A DNA stretch of 63,602 nt, counting the filler, from Chiloscyllium plagiosum (Eukaryota): assembly GCF_004010195.1 (NCBI RefSeq). It is 6 parts of 2 records of this genome, joined end to end, with 100 filler letters (N's around TTAATTAATTAA, not from the genome) between each part and the next. Parts side by side here need not be neighbours in the genome. Positions count along the whole stretch, not along the records: positions 1 to 14,389 come from NC_057716.1; positions 14,490 to 36,600 come from NC_057716.1; 4 more parts are not named here. One strand, written 5' to 3'. Shown piece by piece: positions 13,268 to 26,155 of the stretch. The number at the start of each line of letters is the position of its first letter. Position 1 is the first letter of the stretch. The position numbers were made by a program, and so were the translations under genes. Under the pieces are notes generated by a model. It worked only from the letters and a program-made list of their open reading frames with translations. It made no database searches and was not told the origin of the DNA.

Positions 13268-14095
13268 AGAATAATAGAGCATAGAAACAGCCCCTGTGGT
13301 CCCACTAATTCACGCTGACAATAACTCCTAATCTGATCCAGTCCAATTTGCAAGCAGTATTCCATATCCTTCTAAATTCTTCCTATTCATATAAAAATTC
13401 AGATTCTTTTTAAGTGTTGTAATTTTACCTGCCTCCACCACTTCTTCAACCAGCTCACTCCACACATGCACCACACACTGCTTGAAATTGGTGCCAGTAC
13501 CTATTAAATCTTTCTCTTCTTGCTGCAATACTTTGTCATCTATTTGTGGACTCCACTACTCTAGAAAATAGACCTTGGCTATTCACACGATCATGCCTCT
13601 GATGATGTTATCAACCTCTATAATGTCACCTTTCAGCCTGCTACGCTCCAGTGTAAAAACACCTCAGTTTGAAGTCTCTCCCTTTTTTCTATCCCTTCAG
13701 TCCCAGCAACATCATTTCATATCTTTTCTGCATCCTCTCAGATTTAACGACATTCTTCATATAACAGAGCGAATTAAACGCAATATTCTAAATGTGGCCT
13801 CACCAACGTCCTGTTCTGACGCAACGTGACGTCCCAACTCCCACACTCAATGCTGTGACTAATAAAGGCAAGTATACCAAACACTTTCTGCGCCGCCCTG
13901 TCTACCTGCGACTCCATTTTCAACGAACTATCACCCTCCAACGTTTTGTTCAACAATAGTCTCCAGGGCCCAAACATTAACTGTATAAGTCCTGCGCTGT
14001 TTCACCTTACCAAAATGCGACACCTCACAATTATCTAAATCAAACGCATTTGGAACTATTTGGCTCATTGTCTCATCTGATCAAGGTCATCTGCA
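13268..14095 (-). mobile_element. CR1 3' fragment
   Basis: SLKMESQVDRAAQKVFGILAFISHSIE...TLVRPHLEYCV followed by CR1 3' UTR and tail. Confidence 0.8.
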
Positions 14096-14389
14096 CTTTG
14101 AGATAATAGCCTGACTTTATTTTAAGATATATATTTACCTGTGCTTACGTAATTTAAAAATAAAACGGTTAATGTCTTCGCAATATCGTGTTAAACTGAA
14201 TGTGCCTTCTTCTTAAATTACTTATCCAGATTAATTCAATTCATCATTTACCAGCTGCACTCTACTCAATGCCTTGTATGGTTAATAAGAACATCCCTCA
14301 TTCTTAGGCCTTAACTGTGAATCCTTCATAATATGATGCCTTCACCGCAAGAATGAGTAAATATCTTTGAAAAGATTTGAAAGCAATTG

Positions 14390-14489
14390 NNNNNNNNNNN
14401 NNNNNNNNNNNNNNNNNNNNNNNNNNNNNNNNNTTAATTAATTAANNNNNNNNNNNNNNNNNNNNNNNNNNNNNNNNNNNNNNNNNNNN
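14390..14489. other. Artificial scaffold linker N44-TTAATTAATTAA-N44 (also 36601-36700, 49466-49565, 58755-58854, 62266-62365)
   Basis: Identical 100-nt structure occurs five times; the palindromic 12-mer has stops in all six frames. Confidence 0.95.
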
Positions 14490-15499
14490 GACATGTCCTT
14501 ATTTTGTTGTTCAGTGCAGAACAGTGAGCTTCCAATCGACGCAAAAATAAAATGCTCAACAGTTCTTAAAGCATCAGTGAAGTGAAACAGCGAAAACGTT
14601 ACGCATTCACTGATCCTGTTTTTCCATATACAATTTCCAGCTACCGCACTTCTTTGTGTCTTTTTTTTCCTGTCAATACGCGAGCTTGGTGTGAATGTAG
14701 ATACAGAAAGTAAGGCGTTGTTTTTGCAAAGAGACACACTGAAATTACAGCTCACTGACAAGTGCCGTACGTGGAGTTGGACATTGTGACACATATGCCA
14801 GTATTTCCTGCAGTGAGAGCAGGAAAAAGAATGGCACAATGTTCTTTGTAGAAACGATTTCTCTTTGTTTGATTGGTGAGAAAACCATATTGTTGAAAAA
14901 CATAGATGGTGACGATTTACCGTCTGATTAAACCTGACCCTAGCCTAAAGACTGTGTACTATTGTTGTGTGCATGTTCGCCACGATGGGAAGTTGATTTG
15001 CCGAGGTTTCATCCCCTTTGTTGATGACATCCACAGTGCTGCTGTACTGTGTCAGTTTGCGTACCTAATTTGAAGTACAGATGCACACGATGTTGAGAGA
15101 CAAAGGTAGAGTTGATTGGCAAAGGCGTTTTCCCTTGGCAGAGATATAAATCACGAGGGGCATAATTTTATTGTAATTGGAGGAATGTGTAACTGAGATG
15201 TCAGAGGTATGTTCTTTACTGAGAGCTTGGGGGTGCGTGGAATGCATTTCTCGCAATGTTAGTAAAGTCAGCTGCACGAGGGACATTTAACGGCCTTTTG
15301 GATCAGTAGATGGAAGATAGTTCAATGAGAGGTATTTGTCTTACTCGGACTTCACCCGGTAGGACGAAAGGCCGGGAAAACACCGAGGGTCAAATGGAAT
15401 GTACTTTGCTGCACTATTCAGTGATCTATATTCTGTACTTATATTAGTTTTATTAAAAATATGTAAATTAATGGAAACATTAAATTAAGTTATAAATTT

Positions 15500-17880
15500 G
15501 ATTGAGACAAATTTTCATGATATTAAACTGTAACTTTCAGAAGGTGATTGCGAGAAGCTTCGCAGGTGAGAGTATGTTTGAAGCGCTGGAAGCCTTGAAC
15601 AATGAGCAAACGAGACTTCAGACACAGGAATTTACTGTTAATTGAAGGCAAGGTGATTTGACAGAGTGAATGCTGGATGATCTGAGAAATTCAGTCTCTG
15701 GTCAAGAAATAAATTGCATCAATTGGGCAACAGACAATTTGGATCAGGTGATTCCCGGGAAGAGTATCAGGGAAATTGGAGTAGATGGAAGATGGAAGTC
15801 AGAAGTAGACGAGATAGCTTTGGGAAAGTGATTTAAGGTCAACGCAAAGATATTATATAAATATATTGAAGTCAATAGAGTAACTATGGAGAAAATGGCG
15901 ACTTCTAAATATCAACAAAGTCATCTACGTGTGGAAACACTGGAATTGGGTGTGATATTGAACAAGTAACGTGCGTAAATACTTATAGTAAAGAAACATA
16001 TGCAAGCTGGAGAACTTGGGGAAATAAACAGAATGTTTGAAAAGATGAGTCGCAGGAGGTCATAACACACATTAAGATAGACAAATCCCTTAGACCTGAT
16101 ATGTGTTATGCAGCATTTTGTGCTTCGCTGGCAAAGAGATTGCTGGCACGCTTGCTGAAATATTTGTATTATGGATAAACACGGATCAGGTGCCAAACGC
16201 ATGGAGGTTTGTCATGTTTTTCCATTATTTAAGGAAGGTTGGAAGTAAAAGCCATGAAATTATTGGCGTTTAAGTGTTATGTAAGTGAGGTGTATTACGG
16301 ATTCCGAGGGACAAAATGCACATGTATTTCGATATGCAAGAACTGATTAGTGAGAGTGAGCATGGCTTTGTGCATGGGAACTCTTGTTTCAAAAACCTGA
16401 TTGATTTTTTTTTTTGAAATCCAGGCAAAGAAGATTTAGGAAGTCGGAGAGGTAGGCGTTTCAATATAAAACGCATGAAAATGTTTGACAAGATGCAGCA
16501 TAGTTATCCTGTTAGTAAGGCTAGTTCACATATGATTCAAGGAGAACTAGCCAACAGAATACAACATTATTCTTAAGGGAAAGGGTGGTGGTGGTGAAGT
16601 GATGCTTGTGGGAGTGGTGGACTCTGACCACTGCTGTGCCACACGAATAATTTCTGAGTGCAATGCGTTTCGACATTTACATAAATATTTAGATGTGAAT
16701 TTGGCTAGGGAGTTTGAAGAAAAGTTGGCATATTAATCATATGGGCCAATTGGTCAAGGCGTGGAAGATGGAGTTTTGTTTCAGTACATGTGAGGTGATG
16801 CATTTTGTTTAGGAAAATCAAGGTTAGTAATAGTTAATGTTAGAGATCTGGGGTGTGTTGCCAAACAAGGCGGCAAAGGGGTACAGATACATAATTCCCT
16901 GAAAGTGCAATAAAAGGATGACAGTGATGAAGAAAGCGTTTGGCAGATTTTTATTCATTAATCAAAATATCGAGCGTAGCGTTTGGGATTTCATCTTGTG
17001 GTTGCACAGGTCATTGATAACTTTTGAAACATAGCATACAACTTAAATGCTCTTCCATAACTGCGATGTTGTTAAGTTTGAGGGGGTGCTAAAATATCTA
17101 CAAGGGCTTGGCAAGGACTGGAGAGTTTAAGAAATAGGAAAAGGCTCAATAGAATGGGATTGTTTTTCACTCTGGTGCATCAGAAAACGAGAGGTGACAT
17201 CATAGAGGATTATACCATCATGAGGTCCATGGACATGGCGAGTAGCCAAGATGTGATTTTTTTGATGGTGGGGAAGTCTAAAACTAGAGGAGTTTTAAGA
17301 TGATACGAGTAATGTTTTTTTAATGGAAAAGGATCTGAGGGGTAGCATGGTCACACAGTGTGTTGTGCAAGTTTGGAATCCGATCGCAGAGGAATTGGAC
17401 AACGCAATGGGCGACACAGTGGCTCAGTGGATAGTACTGCTGCCGCACAGCACCAGGACCCGGGTTCGATTCCAGCCTTGGGCGATTGTCAGTGAGAAGT
17501 TTGCACATTCTCCCCGTGTCTGCGTGGGTTTCCCCCGTGTGCTCCAGTTTCCTCCCACAATCCAAGGATGTGCAGGTTAGGTTAATTGGCCATGCTAAAT
17601 TATCCATTGTGTTAGGTGCAATAATCAGCGTGAAATACGTTTCGGAGGGTTACGCATCGGTGTGGAATTATTGGGCCGAAGGTACTGCTTCCACACTGTA
17701 CGGAATCTAATTTAATCAGGTAGAATTACAAAATTCGGAAGACATCTGGGTGAGATATGAATACGAAGGGTTTAGATGGAAATGTGGTAAATGTTTGTAA
17801 ATGAAATGTGGTTCGGTTGGGATATCTGTTCAGCAGGGATGGCATGCAACAAAGTGTCTTTTTCTGTACTGTCTAGTTGA
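15500..17880 (+). mobile_element. Decayed CR1 ORF2, interrupted by an HE1 SINE
   Basis: DKSL.PD, HGFVHGNSC..NLIDFF and CEVMHF remnants. The 3' UTR resumes after 17718. Confidence 0.7.
17409..17718 (+). mobile_element. HE1-type tRNA-derived V-SINE
   Basis: A box TGGCTCAGTGG, B box GGTTCGATTCC, V-domain core TTTGCACATTCTCCCCGTGTCTGCGTGGGTTT, short repetitive tail. Confidence 0.9.
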
Positions 17881-18369
17881 GTCAATCTATGACTACATAA
17901 TAAAAGCTTTGAGTACCATGACTTCTGCACATGGATGTTCTTCCCAAATGTTCTCTCGTTTCAAATACTAAGAATGTCTGTAATGTTGAATAATTGTGAC
18001 GATTCCGAGCGCTTGTTAATGTACATGATGTTGGGAAGCGAGAGATATGATGCAGAGGACTGAAGCAGTAAGTTTCACTTAGCACTTAAGCGTTCTTTTT
18101 GAAAGAACACTTGACGATTGTAGAAAATTGCCGAGTGTAGGATAGCCATATAAACACATCTGTCTTCAACAGCAGGTCATAGGTTAGCATACCTGCAGTG
18201 AGTAACTCAAATCCTGACTCTGTAAGGTGGATGTCAAGAGTTTGATGGAATTGTCCCCAAGAATAACACAAGACACAAACAGCCCACGTGATTGCTGTTG
18301 TGTTTAGAAATATCCATCCCTTCCACCACCACGGTAAGTAGCAGCAGTGTATAGGATCTCCGAGGTTCA

Positions 18370-19375
18370 CCAACCGAATAGAATTCGTTGAGGAAGTGAC
18401 ATTTTTGATTGATGAGGGAACAGCTGTGAATCATACACATGGACTTCAATAAGGCCTGTCATAAGGTTCCCCATGGTAGACTGATGCAGAAAGTGAAGTT
18501 GAATGGGGTTTATTGCGTGCTAGCTAGATGGATGGAGAATTGGCTGAGCAACAGGAGACAGACAGAAGTAGTGGAAGGGAATTTCTCAAAATGGAGAACT
18601 GCAATTATTGTGTTCCGGAGGATTCCGCATTGGGACCACTGCTATTTGTGGGATGCAAGAATTATCTGGAAGAAGGTATAAGTGATCTGATTAGCAAGTT
18701 TTCAAATGACACTAATGTTGGTGGAATACCAAATAGTGATGGGGACGGTCAGAAAATGCAGCGGCATACTGATGGATTTGAGAGTTGGGCGGAGAAATAG
18801 CAGATAGATTTCAGTCCGTGCAAATGTGAGGAAATGCATTTTGGAAGCACCAACGCAAGGGCGAAATTTACGGTAAATGGTAAAGCCCTTGGGAAAATTG
18901 ACTGCAGAGCGATCTGGATGTTTAGCCCATTGTACCTTAAAGCTGGAAAACAGGTCGCCATTGCTTGATTTGGACAGTTCTAGCTGTGAAGAGATCTTTA
19001 GTAGATTAGGATTATTTACATTGGTAAGATGGAGGCTGAGGGTAACCTGTTTAAGTTGTACAAAATCTTGAGAGGTAGAGACAGAGAAAATAGCAAGAAG
19101 CTTTTCCCAGACTGGGACACGTAATTACTAGGGTTCACGACTTCAAAGTAAGAAGGGAAAAGTTCAGGAGAGATATGTATGAAAAGCCCTTTGCACAGAG
19201 GATGGTGGCTGCCTGGAACACATTGCCAGCGCACGATGGCGACATTTATGATGTATCGCGACAGACTCCTAGAAAATAAGCGACAGGTTTAGATAGAGAA
19301 TCTGGATTGGCATGGGCGTGGAGGACTGAAGGGCTTGTTCCTTGTGCTGTAATTTTCTTTGTTCTTTGTTCTTTG
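18370..19375 (+). mobile_element. CR1 RT 3' fragment with internal deletion
   Basis: MDFNKACHKVPHGRL..., ISKFSNDTNVGG, CR1 3' UTR and TTCTTTG tail. Confidence 0.8.
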
Positions 19376-20513
19376 GTCATGATCTGTCTTCGGCCAGGAC
19401 CAGTTGGACAGAAGAGTCTGTTTGCCCGCTGTACATCTTTATGTACATACACCTCCAAGTTGAGGATTGTAAGCTATTGAGGTTATGACAAATATCCCTA
19501 TTCGACGTACAAAGTGATAATTTCCCCGGAATAATAACATAGTAATCTGTAACTAACGTAGTTTGATTGATCTGAATCACTAACTTCTTTTGTTTCCACA
19601 GACGCTATGAGGCCTGCTGAGTTTCTCCATCAAATCCTGTTTCAGTTTCAGATATCCAGAATGCGCAGTTCATTGTTTTATGTTAACCTAAACAATGTTT
19701 GAGACAAAATCGATTTCCTGTCGGTGCATTTTATCTTTGCTTCTCCAAATTGCTATCACAACAATACGATAGTAGTGTAGAACTCCCATTCTCTGACTGT
19801 GTATCAAAATGGGCCTGCAGCAGTGAGAGCGCCAAATGCTGTCAAATAGATGATCAGAGAATGCGACAGAAGCCATTGTATGCTTTCTCAATGACACTAA
19901 TTTTAATGTCTTCATTTGAGTTCGTTTTAGCAGCAAATCGGTGTCTCCCTGTCTTCGAGTTTTTACAGCGTGGAAAAATGACTGAAGGACTCCTCCTGTC
20001 AGTTCGAGTCATCAGACATACAACTATTATCATCCTAGTTTCCTGCAAATTGACCAATGCCTGAGGGTAAATGTCAAAATGATTATCCCTGTAATCTCAA
20101 ATGACTGAACGAATGGGACTGATATGGTAAGACTGTTTTGAAACCCATCCCCATTTTTACCCACAAAGACAGAATTACAGACACATTGCCTGAGTGGACA
20201 GAAGCTCCGGATTTTACCTGCTCCGTGAACTTCACGTTCGCTGTCCGTTCTAACACACACATGTTCTGAAAAAAATACAGAAGCTTTTGGTGAGACACAA
20301 GCAGCTACTCCAGCCAACTGGAAGTGTTGCGGTGATCGAAGATACGAAACACACAGTGAGCTGTAACAGTCCTCCTTACTTGTCACGTACAACCAGCCAT
20401 TTCAGAAACCCACTTCTGCGGGATCTGGGAAACTGAGAAGGCAACACCCAACTTATATCCTTCAGTAATGTCAACTGCCAACTTGCAGCGGTGGAAAAGC
20501 AGCGAGGCGCACT

Positions 20514-20586
20514 CTAGATAGTTACATCTCGAACCTGCAATCTTCCAATCTACACGCAGACGCGTAGTTCATAAGACCACTGGCGC
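20514..20586 (-). pseudogene. tRNA-Arg(ACG)-like pseudogene
   Basis: Reverse complement GCGCCAGTGGTCTTATGAACTACGCGTCTGCGTGTAGATTGGAAGATTGCAGGTTCGAGATG... is colinear with vertebrate tRNA-Arg-ACG (73 nt). Anticodon and acceptor arms are broken. Confidence 0.6.
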
Positions 20587-21569
20587 AGCAGAGGCATGCA
20601 AACATTATAGCAAACATTATAGAGTCCGAGGTCACATTGCCCACGTCTGAATCCAATTCCTGGTTAGGAAATGAAGATCTCTTTTTCTACTTGTGAATTA
20701 TCCGAATAAAAATGAATTCCTGGTTAGAAACTGAATACACACCCCGATTCTTCCAGAATCAGTCCAATGATTGATTGCTTTCATCTGGAAGGACAGTAGC
20801 AGGATACACAAGGAAACCAACCACTAATCATCTCACCATTCTGAGTTGGAAATATGTCGCTGTTCTTTCAGTGTCGCTGAGTATAACTCCTGGAACATCA
20901 TTTGGTTTGGAATCATGACTGTACCTCAATATTCAGATTCAGCAAATTAACTCATATGTTCCATCTCTGAAGTAATTACGGATGGGCAATGAATACCCTT
21001 CTTGTGAATGATGTTCATTTCCCGGGAATCTATTTTATATAATTTCCTGTTTCTTACCAGCAGTCGGTCAAGACAAGTTCAGAGGCAGATTAAGAAAGTG
21101 AATGAAAGTGAAAATTGATGATGACTGTCAGGCATGAAGCAGACCATGCGTGTGTACTTGGTGGTGCAAGGCCCACTTTCGGTGCTCATGGGTCAGCTTT
21201 TACTATCTACTCTTTACATGGACACACACCACTCCTGGTCAATTAATCACAATGATTCTTTGCCTCGTGTGAGGTTCAGTCTGTGTGAACTAACGCAGTT
21301 AATGGAAGCCGAGATAATGAATGGATTCTCTTCATCCTTTTAAAATTATACAGATCAAAATGATAGTTTCAAATCAATGCACGAGGAGATTATCTCTTTC
21401 TGTGCATTTTGAGTGGAGTATGTTCATATGAGAATCTTTGCATTTTGCGGAAGTGTTAATTGAATTTCTTGTTGAACAACATTGATACCGAAGTTAAAAA
21501 AAAACTGAGTTACTGTGATAGAGTGGTTAAAGTAATGTCTATATGTATGGGGAAATGAGATTCCCGTGT

Positions 21570-21643
21570 TGTGCCATGGCTCATTTGGTTAAAGACCCTG
21601 ACTAATAAACAGGAGATCATGGGTTGAAACCTTAGAGGTGCCT
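21570..21643 (+). pseudogene. tRNA-Thr(AGT)-derived pseudogene
   Basis: 74 nt, ungapped similarity to GGCGCCGTGGCTTAGTTGGTTAAAGCGCCTGTCTAGTAAACAGGAGATCCTGGGTTCGAATCCCAGCGGTGCCT. Anticodon now AAT; B box damaged (GGTTGAAACC). Confidence 0.8.
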
Positions 21644-22020
21644 GTACCTTGATTTGAATATTTCTTGCGTGAATGTCTCTCACATTCCACATTGTTGATC
21701 CAGCGTATCAATGGACACAACACAGCGTCCTCCCTGTGTTGATCTCAGCCCATTATCGGTTGGTGTAACCAGTATTATCGCCTGGTTGGGCCCGATTAGT
21801 AATTGTCTATTCTTTCTGACATTTAATTCAACATGGAGTTCTTTTTTTCGCTCTGTTCAACAGGAGCTCTTGCTCATCTGTTCTTTTATTCTCACTCCTT
21901 CATTCCTAGTTTGATGGGAATAATGAGGACATGCAAGAGACATTGCAGATATACCTGAGATTGTTGTGGCAATAGCACAGACGTCACGACCTTATCTCTG
22001 CCAGTCTCTGCTCTCAGTAT

Positions 22021-22800
22021 TGTCACAACCTATTTTTTTAACGCGGTTTCTTGTCAAGGATTACTGTGCACTTGACTTTTTTCAAAGGATTCGCTCCGTT
22101 CGGGCTTTGAGTTGGCTCGGATGATACAGAGGTGAAAAGAGTATTGTGAGACATTTTTGCTTCCCTAAACAGATGCGAATTTAAGCCACAGTTTTCATGT
22201 TTCAGAAGGGAGGAGTGATCAGTCCTGAAAGCTGAATTATTGTTGTTAGACAGTTCAGTTCATCAGTGGGTTGTGTCAACACAGGCTGCTACAATCTGTC
22301 TCTTTCTGCCCTTCCAACTTCAACCTCTAAGCCTGTGTGTTTCCGTTTTCCTCTTCGTTTAGCGGCTTTGTTTACTGGGAGTGTCGTATACAAATGGAAC
22401 CGCATAATTACTTCTGATTTGGATATACTGAGTTCTGTGGGCATTCTTTATTCTGATCTTTGTGTTTCGTTCCGTAATTTGAGAGTAAATTTTTGTCTGT
22501 TTTAAAACCTGTTAGTGAACCTAGCTACCTTACTCCAGGTAAATTTGACTGTATACATACCAAAACAACGAGCAAACTTCGGACTGGGCTGCCTGCTGAA
22601 GAATGTTTCGAGTGGACTGGCAAAGTCCATAACACTGTTCGTTCATCGTACACCAACTGTAGAGATAAAGAGCTGCAAACAGCGAAAACATTGAGGTAGA
22701 CACTGAAAGGACAAATTCTGCTTTCGATATGGCTGCGACCTAACAGAACGGAAAAGAAAGTTTCAACCATTTAAATATTGTCTTTCACCAGTTTATGACA
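22021..22800. mobile_element. Probable solo LTR
   Basis: About 780 bp bounded by inverted termini TGTCACAACC / AGTTTATGACA; no clear TSD. Confidence 0.4.
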
Positions 22801-23723
22801 ATGGGAGCAGCATTAATTTAAAGTTGACAGTTGGAAGGCAATAAGAGATTATGATAAATAAGTTGTTTAAACAAATAGAACGGTTAATTACCTCGGCATT
22901 ATAATATAGAAAACATTATTAACCTGGTACTGTTGATCTGAAACATTGGCGTTTTTGTTATCTCCACAGACGCTGCAAGGCTAACTGAGTTTCTTTCTCC
23001 ATTCATGCTTCTGTTTCAGATTTCTAACATCAATAGTTTTTTTTTTGTTTTATGTTAACCTGAATAACGGTTCGAACAAAATCCATTACCTGACAGCTCC
23101 ACAGATTTTTTCTTGATCTGAAAAATGTATCAAAAACTGTCATGACGAAAACGTAGCAGAGCAGAATTGCCATTCTGTAACCATGAGCAAAACGCAGGCC
23201 ACAGCGTTGCGGAAGCTGATCCCTAAGCATTAGAGAAACTGATAAGGGAACAGAAGCGTTCGTATCTTTTCCCAATGGCACTACTTTTGTCTTTTCATTT
23301 GTCATCCTTTTGGCTGCAGAACCGTTTCTGCCGGTCTTCGAGTTTTACAGCATGGGAAATAGACCATTTGGCTCATTGCATCAGTGCAGGACATCAAATC
23401 TCGAAATAGTCTAAGCCTGTTTTCCTGCTTTTGGCCCATAGCCTTATGTGTTCCGATATTCTGAGAGGAAACGTCAATGACATTGTTCCTGAAATCTGAA
23501 ATGTTCGAGCTGTGTTCTCACCGTCTTGAGGAACTCATCCTCATTTTCAGTTCAAGAGCTCTGTCATCTGTATTTCTGAAATATCCACGACTCACGAAAG
23601 AGCACTGCATCATTCAGATAAACTGCACAATGTGTTCAACAAATCTCAGCTCTGTTCATGGGACTTTGAAATGTGGTTGGTGCGTTCTTCAAAGCAAAAA
23701 GCTTCACTTTGAATCGATATAGC

Positions 23724-24500
23724 TCATGTGGGGTGACAAACGCAGAAACTTTGTTTGCTCTCTTTGATAAATGCACGTGTCAATAACCACGCAATAAATC
23801 CAACTTTGTGATGCAACTTGCTTGTCCAACTTTCTCCATTCTTTCCTCTAGTCTTGTTACTCGAAATGAGTACGATGTCGTCACAGCGTTGACATTCCGA
23901 TAGTTCACACAAAATCTTTGAATCCCGTCAGGTTTGGGCACGAACATATTTGGAGAACTCGAATCACTCCCATTCGATTTAATGATGTATCCGTTGAGTG
24001 TTGCATCCAATTCTGTCTGGACCTCTATAGTTTGACACGATTAAGCAATTAGGTGATGTTGTTATCGGAACAGCATTCCCTACTTCTATCTCATGTACAA
24101 TAGTATTAGACCTCCCTATCTTATTCCTGCATATGTCCTCATATTGCTGTAACAAATATTTCAACCAGATTATTTGGTCCTGAGACAGACAGTACACGAC
24201 CCTCTACCGGACGTCAAAAAAACTACCTCATTATTTAACGAATTTTGAGACACATCAAACTCCATGACATCTTGATTTGATTCCTTACACTACGGAGCCG
24301 TAACTGTCACCTACTTCCCCAGTTCTCTGTCTTTATTATAGGCGGATTTCAATGTTCTCACATGACATTTCAGAAACAGATTATGCTTTCTGTCCGACTT
24401 TTTTACCAGACAGTTTACCTGATGTTTTATTTCTCTCAATTTGATGGTAACCATTAAACTTGGCTCTGAAGGGCTCTCCTGCTACTGGTAACAATATGAA
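23724..24500 (-). mobile_element. Gypsy (Gmr1-like) relic: integrase C-terminus followed by RT
   Basis: SSPNMFVPKPDGIQRFCVNYRNVNAVT...EKVGQASCITKLDLLRGY. Upstream on the same strand is a PFRAKFNGYHQI relic of the GPY/F motif. Confidence 0.85.
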
Positions 24501-25249
24501 TACGTCAACTCGATGGGAAAGCTTTCGAAATTTACAGCTTTTTTTATCTGCCATCTGCTATATTCTATGCATTTACATCTTTGGAGCTGTTCAGTTAACT
24601 CACCTAGCTGATTTAATCTCTAGCTCAGTTCAGACACATAATCCAAGTTTGAGAGCAGCGACTTTGTTCATATCATTTTTTTTCAGTAATTAAAAATAGC
24701 TTCTCATTTTCAAAGCAAGTAAACTGAGTCGTTTCGCTGGGGCCATTTGGAATCACAAACAGCATCTTTTCCCTGTCACCCAGCATCCCACAAATTCTCA
24801 TCATCATGATTTATGAATATCACAAACAAACACTGATTTCCTTCCTGGTGTTGGCATGCTGTTTGCAGAGGAAGAATTCAAACTTCCAGTCTTTTGATTG
24901 CCTTATTTTGCTGAGTTTAAAGAGTCATCTCGTGAAGTCATCCTTCTTCGCTCCAATGAGAAATGCCAGATCTAAATCAAGCTCACTTCATGTGGCATGT
25001 CCTGCAGTCAAGGCATCATCCTGTTAAATAAACTCTGCACCCTCTTTAACGCTTCAATTCCTTCCGATAATGAGGCTATCACTGAGCATAATATTCCACG
25101 TACGTTGGAACCTGGTCTTCATATCTGTGCAGCATGGTCTCGAGCCTACTAATCTCAATCCTCTTGCTCATAAAAGCAAACACATGGTATGCATTCACAA
25201 CAACCCTATCAACATGGGTGCAACATTGACGGATCTATAGACGTGCAAT

Positions 25250-25800
25250 GATATACCTTTATCCGAATCATTCAAGTAATCCTGGCAATACGCTCTTATA
25301 ATGCTCTTCAATGTCTGATGTCATATTTAAATGGCTTCCTGGGGTGCAGGATGATGCACACTTGATTTCAAGTGCTTTATGACTAAGCTTCCAGACATTT
25401 TTTAAAACAGCCGAAGAGTAAAGTTAGACCTTTGGTCTGACTGAATCTCTCTGGGTAGCCCATACCGCGTGAACAAAGCGACGAACTCCTCCACTGCACT
25501 TTTTACCTTAATGCATCATTATCGAATTGTGTCGTGAACTCTGGTTAACAAAACCATTATGGTTAGCAAGTGCTCGTTCCTGCTTTCAGTTTTAGGGAAG
25601 GGCACTACACAGTCAATCATAACCCGCGTGAAATGTTCTTCAAATACTGGAATTGGCAACAAAGGTGCTGGTTTAAGTAATGCCTGTGGCTTACCTATCA
25701 TTTGGCAGGTGTGACATGTATGCCAAACTTTAACCACACCGTTGTGCATTCCAGGTCATTAGAAATGATCTTGGACCTCAGCTTGACTCTTCCTCCCACC
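25250..25800 (-). mobile_element. Gypsy integrase (zinc finger and core), decayed
   Basis: TCHTCQMIGKP...PAPLLPIPVFEEHFTRVMIDCVVPFPKT...LLTIM. Confidence 0.85.
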
Positions 25801-26117
25801 GGCTAAAAACTGCAGATGCTGGAAATTACTGACTAGTTGAAGATCTTTTCCTACTCCTCAGATGCTGCTTGCCCTGTTGTGCTTGCACAGCACCAATCTA
25901 ATGTTGATTCTTCCTCACAGCAATTGACCTCCTGTTGAGAACGCATGTGCTACCCATAGTATTTCCTGTCTATGTGCTACTGGAAAGAAAATCTGGTGCA
26001 CTTTCGCCCGTTTTGTTCTCTACAGTAATATGCGTTGTTCTCCATTTCCTTCTTAAACATCCTATTTTTAAGATAATAAGCCTTAGTGTACATTCTGATT
26101 CATTTTCTGAATAGGTA

Positions 26118-26155
26118 TACACACACACACACACATACACACACACACACACACA
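26118..26155. repeat. (CA)n microsatellite
   Basis: Direct reading. Confidence 0.95.

Noticed and set aside
21750..21800. Third tRNA-like sequence
   Set aside because: No B box or T arm.
22085..22150. U6 or vault RNA resemblance (GATACAGAG)
   Set aside because: Only a few matching bases, inside a probable LTR.
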